The notes under the pieces are model-generated. The model had not been told where the DNA came from. It was given only the letters and a program-made list of their open reading frames with translations, and did not search any database. From the NCBI GenBank assembly GCA_964601865.1, contig CAZRPI010000001.1, positions 4,625 to 68,624 on the forward strand: a stretch of DNA of 64,000 nucleotides, written 5' to 3'. How positions within the stretch are numbered: position 1 is the stretch's first letter; each line of letters begins with the position of its first letter. Below, one piece after another: positions 28,939 to 37,347 of the stretch. The stretch comes from an uncultured Pelobacter sp. (lineage in GTDB: Bacteria; Desulfobacterota; Desulfuromonadia; Geobacterales; Pseudopelobacteraceae). The position numbers were made by a program, and so were the translations under genes.

Positions 28939-29855
28939 GGAACTCCTTCATCAATACCATTCTCGATGCCTGCAGACAACGGGAGGACATCTTTGTCATC
29001 AGCGGCGACGCCGGCCTGGGTGTATTTGACACCTTCAAGGAGGAATACCCTGACCGTTTCCTCAACCTGGGAGCCGCCGAACAGAACATGATCAGTTTTG
29101 CCGCCGGGATGTCCATGACCGGCTACAAGGTGCTTGTTTACAACATCATACCTTTTGTCCTTTACCGCTGCTACGAGCAGGTGCGTAACGATATCTGTTA
29201 TCAGGACCTGCCGATTATTCTGGCCGGCATCGGCAGTGGACTGACCTATTCACCCCAGGGAATGACCCACTACTCCATAGAAGATCTGAGCCTCGCCCGT
29301 ACACTCCCGAACCTGACCGTCTTGTCCCCAATTGACCCTGTTGAGGCAAGAGTGGCAGCCAATTATGCCCTATCCGCAGCCGCACCGGTATATGTCAGGC
29401 TTGCCAAGCGTGGCGAACCGGATATCCACACGACACAACAGCTTGATATAAGCGTGCCGCAACAACTGGTCACGGGCGATATTCCGGTCGCCCTTCTCTG
29501 TCATGGTTCCATTGGGGAGGAGGTTCTGCAAGCGGCCCGGATACTGTCCGAAGATGGCATCAGGCCCTTCGTGTTTTCGGTGCCAATGGTACAGCCACTC
29601 AATCGTGACACTTTACTCAGTTGCCTGAAAGGGATGCGGTCAGTGGTTTCGGTTGAAGAGCATTATCATTCCTGCGGCCTGGGCGCGGCCGTGAGGGAAA
29701 GTATCATGGACTCCTCTCTATCCTGCTCTCTCACCACCTTGGGATTACCATCCCGTTTCATCCATGAAGTCCACGACACGGCAGGAATGAGAAAACTGTT
29801 CGGGATTGATGCCGATTCGATTGCTTCTACTGTCAGATCGCAGTTGAGAGGTTGA
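28935..29855 (+). CDS. transketolase, C-terminal (pyrimidine-binding) subunit
   Basis: Contains GDAGLGVFDTFKEEYPDRFLNLGAAEQNMISFAAGM... and HYSIEDLSL.RTLPNLTVLSP.D. ATGA overlap with the N-terminal subunit. Confidence 0.9.
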   Translation: MRNSFINTILDACRQREDIFVISGDAGLGVFDTFKEEYPDRFLNLGAAEQNMISFAAGMSMTGYKVLVYNIIPFVLYRCYEQVRNDICYQDLPIILAGIGSGLTYSPQGMTHYSIEDLSLARTLPNLTVLSPIDPVEARVAANYALSAAAPVYVRLAKRGEPDIHTTQQLDISVPQQLVTGDIPVALLCHGSIGEEVLQAARILSEDGIRPFVFSVPMVQPLNRDTLLSCLKGMRSVVSVEEHYHSCGLGAAVRESIMDSSLSCSLTTLGLPSRFIHEVHDTAGMRKLFGIDADSIASTVRSQLRG

Positions 29856-29857
29856 AC

Positions 29858-30520
29858 ATGGGAAAATTAAGAAATTATTTTACGCCTCTTCATACCAGTA
29901 CGAAACGTGACTATCTCTCACGCATGTGTGATGCCAAAGTCGAGTGCATGCGAGTTGCCAAAAGATACGGGTCTGAGTTCTGGGATGGTGAGCGGCGGTA
30001 CGGATATGGAGGCTTCAAGTATGACGGCAGATGGAAACCGGTCGCCGAACGTTTAATCGAAGATTACGGACTGGCCGGGAACTGCTCGATCCTTGACATA
30101 GGTTGCGGCAAGGGATTCCTGTTGTATGAACTCCATCAGTTACTACCGGAAGCACGTATTGCCGGGTTTGATATTTCAGAGTATGCCATCAACAACGCGA
30201 AGGATGAGATCCGTCACAACATCTTCCTGCACCGGGCTCAGGATCCGCTTCCCTATAAAGATCATGAGTTCGACCTGGCTATCTCGCTTACCACCCTCCA
30301 CAATCTGCACCTGCCAGACCTGAAGGCCGCCCTGATGGAAATGGAACGGGTCGGCAGGCAGAAATATCTGGTTGTGGAGGGATACCGGAATGAGGAAGAG
30401 CTGTTTAACCTGCAGTGCTGGGCGCTGACCTGCGCCGCCTTCTTCACACCAGAGGAATGGATGTGGCTGTTTGGCCAGTTTGGTTACAGCGGGGACTACG
30501 AGTTTGTGTATTTCGACTGA
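29858..30520 (+). CDS. class I SAM-dependent methyltransferase
   Basis: Motif I is ILDIGCGKGFLL. Also GFDISEYAINNAK and DLAISLTTLHNL. Confidence 0.85.
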   Translation: MGKLRNYFTPLHTSTKRDYLSRMCDAKVECMRVAKRYGSEFWDGERRYGYGGFKYDGRWKPVAERLIEDYGLAGNCSILDIGCGKGFLLYELHQLLPEARIAGFDISEYAINNAKDEIRHNIFLHRAQDPLPYKDHEFDLAISLTTLHNLHLPDLKAALMEMERVGRQKYLVVEGYRNEEELFNLQCWALTCAAFFTPEEWMWLFGQFGYSGDYEFVYFD

Positions 30521-30538
30521 TCGTTCCAGGAGAGAGTA

Positions 30539-31609
30539 ATGGGGTTGCTCTACACCCGCATGAAAATATTCCACTTCAACGCCAAGCTTGATTCACTCCA
30601 GCCAAGTTCCGGGGGTATCCTTCCGCCGCTCAACGTACGCATCAAACCGACCAATGCCTGCAACCATAACTGCTGGTATTGCGCCTACCGTGCGGAAAAT
30701 CTGCAACTTGGACAGGATATGAACCAGAAGGATTCCATACCGCGGGACAAGATGCTGGAGATCATCGATGATCTGATGGCAATGGAAGTGAAGGCGGTTA
30801 CCTTCAGCGGCGGGGGCGACCCGTTCTGTTATCCGCACCTGTTGGAAACGGTGCAAAAACTGGCCGCAACTCCGATCAAATTTGCCGCGCTTACTAATGG
30901 TTCACGCCTGACCGGCGAAGTCGCGGAAGTTTTTGCCAAACACGCCACCTGGTTGCGAGTCTCCATGGACGGCTGGGACAACGCCAGCTACCGTGAGTAC
31001 CGCGGATGTTCCGATGGGGAGTTCACCAACATCATCCGCAATATGGAACAGTTCAAAAAAATTGGTGGGAAGTGTTATCTGGGAGTCTGTATCGTTGTTG
31101 ATAACAATAACTACGAGCATATCTACGATTTGATCCAACTCCTGCACGCAACCGGAGTCAACAGCGTCAAGGTCTCACCCTGCATCGTCAGCAACAGTTG
31201 TGACGACAATTATAACTACCACGTTCCGCTTTTTGATTCGGTAAAAGAGCAGACCCTGCGGGCACAGCAGGAGTTCACCGGGGAAGGCTTTGAACTGTAT
31301 GATGCCTACCATTACCAACTGGGAACATTTGCCAAAGATTATTCATGGTGTCCCTACCTTCAGATTGTCCCGGTCATCGGCGCCGACCTGAATATCTACT
31401 CTTGCCACGACAAGGCATACAACCTTGCGGAAGGATTGCTGGGTTCAATCACAGACACACGGTTCCGTGATTTCTGGTTCTCCGACAAGAGGCGGTTTTA
31501 CCGAATTAATCCGAGACGAGACTGCAACCATCATTGTGTTGTTGACAGCAATAATCGTATGGTTCTGGAATATCTGAATGTTGACGAAAACCATCGGGAG
31601 TTTTTGTAA
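30539..31609 (+). CDS. radical SAM protein, paralogue group A-like (CNHNCWYC; C-terminus ...HREFL)
   Basis: Contains KPTNACNHNCWYCAY, FSGGGDPF, LTNG and a C-terminal CNHHCVVDSNNRMVLEYLNVDENHREFL. AGGAGAG lies upstream of the ATG. Confidence 0.85.
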   Translation: MGLLYTRMKIFHFNAKLDSLQPSSGGILPPLNVRIKPTNACNHNCWYCAYRAENLQLGQDMNQKDSIPRDKMLEIIDDLMAMEVKAVTFSGGGDPFCYPHLLETVQKLAATPIKFAALTNGSRLTGEVAEVFAKHATWLRVSMDGWDNASYREYRGCSDGEFTNIIRNMEQFKKIGGKCYLGVCIVVDNNNYEHIYDLIQLLHATGVNSVKVSPCIVSNSCDDNYNYHVPLFDSVKEQTLRAQQEFTGEGFELYDAYHYQLGTFAKDYSWCPYLQIVPVIGADLNIYSCHDKAYNLAEGLLGSITDTRFRDFWFSDKRRFYRINPRRDCNHHCVVDSNNRMVLEYLNVDENHREFL

Positions 31610-31612
31610 TCA

Positions 31613-32491
31613 ATGAGTATGCCCCCCCAAAAAGTGCTTGTCTTCGGAAGTACCGGCAAACTTGGATCAGCTCTAACAGCTGCATTCGCAACGGCCTCGT
31701 ACATGGTCATTCCGCTTAATCGCTCCGAGTGCGATGTCAATGACCATGCTCAGGTGCATTGCAAAGTCAAACAAATACGGCCCGACATTGTTATCAACGC
31801 CATAGCCTTCAACGGCATCGACGCCTGCGAAGCAAGTCCGCAACAGGCACTGGCAATCAACACCCTTTTCCCCAAACTGCTGGCCGAACTCTCGCAAATA
31901 TATTCTTTTTTACTCGTACACATCAGCAGTGACGCGGTCTTCAGCGGCACACAGGGGGGGTATTTCAAGGAAACGAGTATCGCAGCCCCCATCAATTTGT
32001 ACGGCTTTACCAAGTTTGGCGGGGATTGTTTCGTGAGCGCCATTGCCAAACGCCATTACATTACCCGGATTTCGGTGCAGTTCGGGCCTACCCCCGGAAA
32101 GGCCCAGTTTATCGAGAAAATGCTGGAACGGATCCGGCATGGCGCAGATCATCTGCAAGTATCCGACGATATTATTGCTTCTCCCAGCTACAGCAGGGAT
32201 GTCGCTGAACGCATCAGGACCCTTGTTGATGAACGGAGTCCCTTTGGGTTGTACCACATTGCAAATGAGGGGAAGGCTTCACTTTATGAACTGGTGAAGG
32301 AACTTGTTCGAATCATGGAGTGGGGTGTTGTGGTAGTACCGGTTCCCCACAGTACATTCCCATCACAGGGTATCAAAAACACCTATACCCCCATCCGGTC
32401 GGAAAGAATTGCGCCTTTGCGCCCCTGGCGTGATGCATTGATGGCATATTGCCGGGAAGCACTGATAGACAAAGGAAGGATAGATGGCTGA
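31613..32491 (+). CDS. RmlD-family sugar 4-ketoreductase (dTDP-4-dehydrorhamnose reductase-like), second copy
   Basis: Contains VLVFGSTGKLGSAL..., VINAIAFNGID and HISSDAVFSG...YGFTKFGGD. Confidence 0.85.
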   Translation: MSMPPQKVLVFGSTGKLGSALTAAFATASYMVIPLNRSECDVNDHAQVHCKVKQIRPDIVINAIAFNGIDACEASPQQALAINTLFPKLLAELSQIYSFLLVHISSDAVFSGTQGGYFKETSIAAPINLYGFTKFGGDCFVSAIAKRHYITRISVQFGPTPGKAQFIEKMLERIRHGADHLQVSDDIIASPSYSRDVAERIRTLVDERSPFGLYHIANEGKASLYELVKELVRIMEWGVVVVPVPHSTFPSQGIKNTYTPIRSERIAPLRPWRDALMAYCREALIDKGRIDG

Positions 32492-33575
32492 TACAACATA
32501 TCGCATGGATGGACATAAGCTATACTGGCATCTCGATCGGGTCAACGACTGGATGAACGGCAAAAGGATAGCGCCGTTGCATATCGATGTCGGTTTGAGC
32601 AAGGGATGCAACATCAGATGCCATTACTGTTTCGGGGTTGTTCAGGGAAACCGCTACCAGGAAGGCAAAGAGATCTTTTTTGCGCGTGAACCGCTGTTGA
32701 ATTATGTCCGGGAGGCAGGCGAAGTCGGTGTCAGATCCATGGCAATCATAGGCGAAGCCGAACCGCTTCTCAATCCCCACGCATATGAGGCAATCATTGC
32801 CGGCAAGAAATCGGGGGTCGATATGGCGCTCGGCACCAACGGCATCCTGTTCGACACCGGAAATAGCGGGCAGAAGGCGCTGGAGCATCTTACCTGGTTG
32901 CGCTTCAATATCAGCGCAGCCTCGCAACAATCGTATCAGCGCCTTCACAACAGTCCCGACTTCGCTACCCTTTTGGAAAAAATAAGGTTCTGCCTTGACA
33001 CCAAGCGCAAAAACAATCTGCCGGTAACCATCGGATTCCAGATGGTCTTAACGCCACAGGATATAGACGAGGTGTTACCATTGACCCGTCTTGCCAAAGA
33101 ACTGGGAGTGGATTATCTGGAAATCAAACATTGCGGAGACACGGTAAAAAATGACCTGGGCATTTTCAATAAACTCGGCATGTATGATCAGTTCAGGGAA
33201 ATCCTGCTGCGGGCAGAACAGGAATCGACCGATACGTTCAGGGTTATTGTAAAATGGGGCAACATCACTCGCAAAGGGAAACGCGCCTATAACTGCTGTC
33301 TCGGCGCCCCCTTCCTGCTCTATTCCAGCGGTGACGGCAAGCTGTATCCCTGCGGCATGTTCTTTTCCTACCGTGAGCCTGAGTTCTGTCTCGGAGACCT
33401 GAACCGGCAATCATTCAAGTCAATCGTTGAAAGCGATGCGTACTGGAATACCATGAAGAAAATCCAGACTGACATCAGGGTGCATGAAGAATGCTACGCC
33501 AGCTGCAAAACCAATGCGATCAATGAGTTCTTGTACACCCTGATCAATCCTCCGCAACATATCAACTTCATCTAG
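32484..33575 (+). CDS. radical SAM protein, paralogue group A (CNIRCHYC; C-terminus ...HINFI)
   Basis: Contains DGHKLYWHL...KGCNIRCHYCFG..., GEAEPLLNP, GTNG and CYASCKTNAINEFLYTLINPPQHINFI. It is clearly paralogous to 26128-27195. Confidence 0.85.
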   Translation: MADTTYRMDGHKLYWHLDRVNDWMNGKRIAPLHIDVGLSKGCNIRCHYCFGVVQGNRYQEGKEIFFAREPLLNYVREAGEVGVRSMAIIGEAEPLLNPHAYEAIIAGKKSGVDMALGTNGILFDTGNSGQKALEHLTWLRFNISAASQQSYQRLHNSPDFATLLEKIRFCLDTKRKNNLPVTIGFQMVLTPQDIDEVLPLTRLAKELGVDYLEIKHCGDTVKNDLGIFNKLGMYDQFREILLRAEQESTDTFRVIVKWGNITRKGKRAYNCCLGAPFLLYSSGDGKLYPCGMFFSYREPEFCLGDLNRQSFKSIVESDAYWNTMKKIQTDIRVHEECYASCKTNAINEFLYTLINPPQHINFI

Positions 33576-33586
33576 GAGTATGCATA

Positions 33587-34243
33587 ATGGAAGACAAATA
33601 TATCAGCGAGCATATTGAGTACAGGGATGAAGAACGCATCCGCCTGGGAATGATGTCAAGCCATCGCTGGAGGATGGACCCCAAGGTGCTGCTGTTCTCA
33701 ATGGCCCGATATAAATTCATCGCAAAGATGCTGACAGGAAAAAATGAGGTGCTCGAAGTCGGTTGCGGAGACGGCTGGGGGGCCAACATTGTCGTGCGAG
33801 AAGTTGGCTCAATCTTATGCGTAGATATGGACCCGGTCCTGGTCAAAGAATGCGAAGAGTTGAAAACCGACGACCGGATATCCTTTGCCCGGCATGATCT
33901 GCGCAAAGCACCCGTTAAACCTGCGCGCGATGCGGTATATCTGCTTGATGTGCTGGAACATCTGGAAAAAGAGGATGAAGATATTTTTTTGAGAAACATC
34001 GCGGCATCAATAACAGCAGACGGTATCTGCATTGTGGGCATCCCCAGCCTGGAAAGTCAGGAATACGCCTCCAAGCCGAGTCGCGCCACCCATGTTAACT
34101 GCAAAAGCGGCAATGACCTGAAACAGACCCTTGAGAAATATTTCAGGAATGTCTTCCTGTTCAGCATGAACGATGAAGTTGTGCATACCGGCTTTACCAA
34201 GATGGCCCACTACCTGCTGTGTCTCTGCGTCGGAGTGCGCTAG
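33587..34243 (+). CDS. class I SAM-dependent methyltransferase
   Basis: Contains VLEVGCGDGWGANI..., AVYLLDVLEHL and GICIVGIP. Confidence 0.8.
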   Translation: MEDKYISEHIEYRDEERIRLGMMSSHRWRMDPKVLLFSMARYKFIAKMLTGKNEVLEVGCGDGWGANIVVREVGSILCVDMDPVLVKECEELKTDDRISFARHDLRKAPVKPARDAVYLLDVLEHLEKEDEDIFLRNIAASITADGICIVGIPSLESQEYASKPSRATHVNCKSGNDLKQTLEKYFRNVFLFSMNDEVVHTGFTKMAHYLLCLCVGVR

Positions 34244-34247
34244 GCCG

Positions 34248-34658
34248 ATGCACTGCGTCGCCCTGATCGTTCTGTATGATGACCGGCAGGACGTTTTGCT
34301 TCAGCACCGGACTGATGATGCTCACCTTTTCCCCGGCCACTGGGCTTTTTTCGGCGGAAGCTGTGAATCCGATGAAACACCGCTCGAAGCGGTTATCCGG
34401 GAAACGGAGGAGGAACTCTGCTACCGCCTGACTTCTCCCCGACTTGTCATGGAACAGCCGTTTTCAGTAAATGGTCTTGAATGCTTGATGTACCTGTATG
34501 TTGAGCAGCACCACGGCGATAAGAGCATGTTGCGATTGTGCGAGGGACAGGGGTGGGGATGGTTTGGAGCTGGCGAAACCGAAAAACTCCTGATGACGGA
34601 GCATGATCGTTCCGCACTGCGTGTCGCACGAAACTTTATATCCGGACAAACACAATGA
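34248..34658 (+). CDS. Nudix hydrolase
   Basis: The Nudix box is GGSCESDETPLEAVIRETEEELCY. The start ATG 34248 lies just after the upstream stop. Confidence 0.85.
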   Translation: MHCVALIVLYDDRQDVLLQHRTDDAHLFPGHWAFFGGSCESDETPLEAVIRETEEELCYRLTSPRLVMEQPFSVNGLECLMYLYVEQHHGDKSMLRLCEGQGWGWFGAGETEKLLMTEHDRSALRVARNFISGQTQ

Positions 34659-36127
34659 ACATCCACCCCCTATCAATGGATCAGCAGCAGTCTTTACGCG
34701 GCCAGCCCAAGCGGCTTCTGCTCGCCTATCCCAATATGCGCTGGCATAAAGAGGACAGCGTAACGCTCTGGAATCTTGATCCAACAGCACTCTGCCTGTT
34801 GGCTGCAACGGTCAGAGACCTGGTGGAGATCAAGATCCTTGACGCCCAGTTTCACAACCTGGACAGGGACACGTTCAAGCGACAGATTGCCGACTATCAA
34901 CCGGATTACGTCGGCCTGTCACTGCTGACCAGTGAGTATGAAGAAGCTTTGTACGGAGCTGCCCGGCTCGTTAAGGAAGTCAATCCTGATATCACGGTGA
35001 TTGCCGGTGGCGTCCATGTTACGACCATGCCTGACCATGTCATGGAGACGTGCGAGGCCATCGATTACTGCGTCATTGGCGAGGGGGAACATGTTCTGCG
35101 GGAACTGATACGCTATCTTCAGGGAACAGACGCTTTACCGAAGTCAGGCCTTGCCTATCGCAGCGGCAATGTAATCATACAGAAGCAGGCAATAGTTGAC
35201 AACCTGTCGGAACTTCCCTGGCCAGCCTACGATCTGGTCGATTTTTCCGCCTACATTCAAAAACCGCAACGGGGCTTCACCTCCAATCAACCGCCTGCAT
35301 ACCCCTATGTGCGGATGGTAACAACCCGTGGCTGCCCCTTCGGATGCACTTTCTGCCAGGTTGAAACCATAGCGGGGCGTCGGGTGAGAACCCGTGACCC
35401 GGTGGACGTCGTCAATGAGCTGGAATTCCTGAAAGAACGTTACGGCATCCGCTCCATCGTATTTGATGAAGACAACATCCTGTTGGGAGAGAACGACTAT
35501 GCACGTCGGCTTTTCCGCGAAATGAGCGACCGAAAGCTGAACCTTCCCTGGATCGCGTCGGCGTTTGCGCTCTTTCTGATAACCGATGACCTGCTTGCCC
35601 TGATGAAAGAATCGGGATGCGTCGGTATCAACGTCGCCATCGAATCGGGCAATGAGCGTGTCTTGAAGGAAATTATCCACAAACCGATAAAAAATCTTCA
35701 AGCCATACCGGACATAATCGCCAGGGTTCAGGCGCAGGGAATTTACTGCATCGCCAATTTCATAGTCGGATTTCCCGGCGAAACCTGGAATGAAATTCGT
35801 GAGACAATTGCCTTTGCGGAACAATGTGGCGCGGATTATGTCAAGATTTACGCGGCAGTGCCACTGTACAGGACCAAGCTCTATTATCTGGCAAAGGAAA
35901 AGGGATTGCTGCTCTGCAACGATGAAATCCCCAAGGTTGATTGGCGCTACGGCCAGATTACTTCCGATGAGTGGACGGCAAAGGATATCAGCATCCTCAG
36001 GGTTTACGAGTGGGATCGAATCAACTTTGCGCCCCATAAGATAAAACGTTTGATTGAAATCACCGGAGCGACCGAAGAAGAGTTAAACGCTGTGCGGAAG
36101 AACACAAGGGATAACCTAACTTGGTGA
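34655..36127 (+). CDS. B12-binding-domain radical SAM enzyme (class B, methyltransferase-like)
   Basis: N-terminal Rossmann-like LLLAYPN...GLSLLTSEY...VIAGGVHVT, then TTRGCPFGCTFCQV. 490 aa. ATGA overlap with the Nudix gene. Confidence 0.88.
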   Translation: MNIHPLSMDQQQSLRGQPKRLLLAYPNMRWHKEDSVTLWNLDPTALCLLAATVRDLVEIKILDAQFHNLDRDTFKRQIADYQPDYVGLSLLTSEYEEALYGAARLVKEVNPDITVIAGGVHVTTMPDHVMETCEAIDYCVIGEGEHVLRELIRYLQGTDALPKSGLAYRSGNVIIQKQAIVDNLSELPWPAYDLVDFSAYIQKPQRGFTSNQPPAYPYVRMVTTRGCPFGCTFCQVETIAGRRVRTRDPVDVVNELEFLKERYGIRSIVFDEDNILLGENDYARRLFREMSDRKLNLPWIASAFALFLITDDLLALMKESGCVGINVAIESGNERVLKEIIHKPIKNLQAIPDIIARVQAQGIYCIANFIVGFPGETWNEIRETIAFAEQCGADYVKIYAAVPLYRTKLYYLAKEKGLLLCNDEIPKVDWRYGQITSDEWTAKDISILRVYEWDRINFAPHKIKRLIEITGATEEELNAVRKNTRDNLTW

Positions 36128-36162
36128 TTTAACGGCACATCACACTTCAACAAGGTAATGTA

Positions 36163-37326
36163 ATGACCACACAGAATAGAGATTTCCTTACCCCGGCTCA
36201 TCCACTTTCTTCGCTAAACTTCATGTTTACGGAAAAATGCAACCTTCGGTGTGTATATTGTCCCAAATACTCAGCAACAGATACAAGTGGCCATATTTCG
36301 CAGACACTCCTTGAATATATAATTGAATACATAAAGAGCAATCATATCAAATCGGCAGGTGTTGGCTTCTATGGGGAGACCTTTTGTTTTCCAGGATGGG
36401 AGCGATATGCCGGAGAACTGGTCAATGCTGGTGTGGACATGTCAATATGCTCAAACTGGAATCACAAGCTGTCTGACAACCAAATAGGGGTGTTGAGCAG
36501 ATTCAAGCTTATCCAGTTCAGCATCGACACTACAAATCCTGACTTACTACGCACAATTCGCCCCCCAGCAGACCTTAAAACCATATTATTCAACATGCAT
36601 CTAATACGCAGCAGGACTATTCTTGATCGTGTACAGCACCCGATTTTCATGTGGTGCAGCGTATTAAGTCACAAGATAATACCCTACTTATCGGACTTTG
36701 TTGCCATGGCAATTTCCAATGGCGTGAAGCATATAAATTTCAACGAACTGGAGTATTACGAAGATTCCAGCCATGAACTCAAAAGTGTTTTTGACCTTGA
36801 AAACATGGAATTTGTTGTCGCTGCAGACGAGATTCTCAAAATGGATTTGCTGGCCAAAAGTTATGGCATTGAAATCACCTATGCGTTCAACTCATTCCTG
36901 GATGTTATCAGGACAAGGAAGCAGCAAATATTATCCGGCAGCAATGACAGCATGTCCAACACTGTCTGCAGACTACCGTTACAAGGGATTCAAGGCATTT
37001 CAAGCCACTTGACATTACCCTCAACATCTTTACCACCTCATGGCAATAATACGCATACCAGATTATGTTTGCAGCCTTGGACTACGGCTTACATCCTTGC
37101 CAATGGCACGGTCTGCAGCTGTTGCGTAAGGGGTGAGAGCATGGGGAGAATATCCGCTGATACAAATCTTGATGATATTTTGAACAACAATAAATATAGA
37201 GAGCTCAGATGGCGTCTGTTAACGGGGAATATTGTCGATAACGCCTGCCTGGCCTGTCCTGTCACGCCAATCGTTGAAAAATCAATCCTGCATGAGTCTT
37301 TGCTGCAATCCCTTATTCGCACATGA
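36163..37326 (+). CDS. radical SAM / SPASM-domain protein
   Basis: Contains FTEKCNLRCVYCPK and a C-terminal SPASM-like region CLQPWTTAYILANGTVCSCCVRG...NACLACP. Confidence 0.85.
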   Translation: MTTQNRDFLTPAHPLSSLNFMFTEKCNLRCVYCPKYSATDTSGHISQTLLEYIIEYIKSNHIKSAGVGFYGETFCFPGWERYAGELVNAGVDMSICSNWNHKLSDNQIGVLSRFKLIQFSIDTTNPDLLRTIRPPADLKTILFNMHLIRSRTILDRVQHPIFMWCSVLSHKIIPYLSDFVAMAISNGVKHINFNELEYYEDSSHELKSVFDLENMEFVVAADEILKMDLLAKSYGIEITYAFNSFLDVIRTRKQQILSGSNDSMSNTVCRLPLQGIQGISSHLTLPSTSLPPHGNNTHTRLCLQPWTTAYILANGTVCSCCVRGESMGRISADTNLDDILNNNKYRELRWRLLTGNIVDNACLACPVTPIVEKSILHESLLQSLIRT

Positions 37327-37347
37327 CTCCGAAAGAGGCCACCAATA

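Noticed and set aside
34655-37326. Interpreting the B12-rSAM plus SPASM-rSAM pair as a RiPP biosynthetic cluster
   Set aside because: The intergenic gaps are 0-35 nt and no short RBS-preceded ORF lies nearby. Every neighbour is a sugar-modifying enzyme. It is kept as a finding only in the sense that the pair is unusual in this context.
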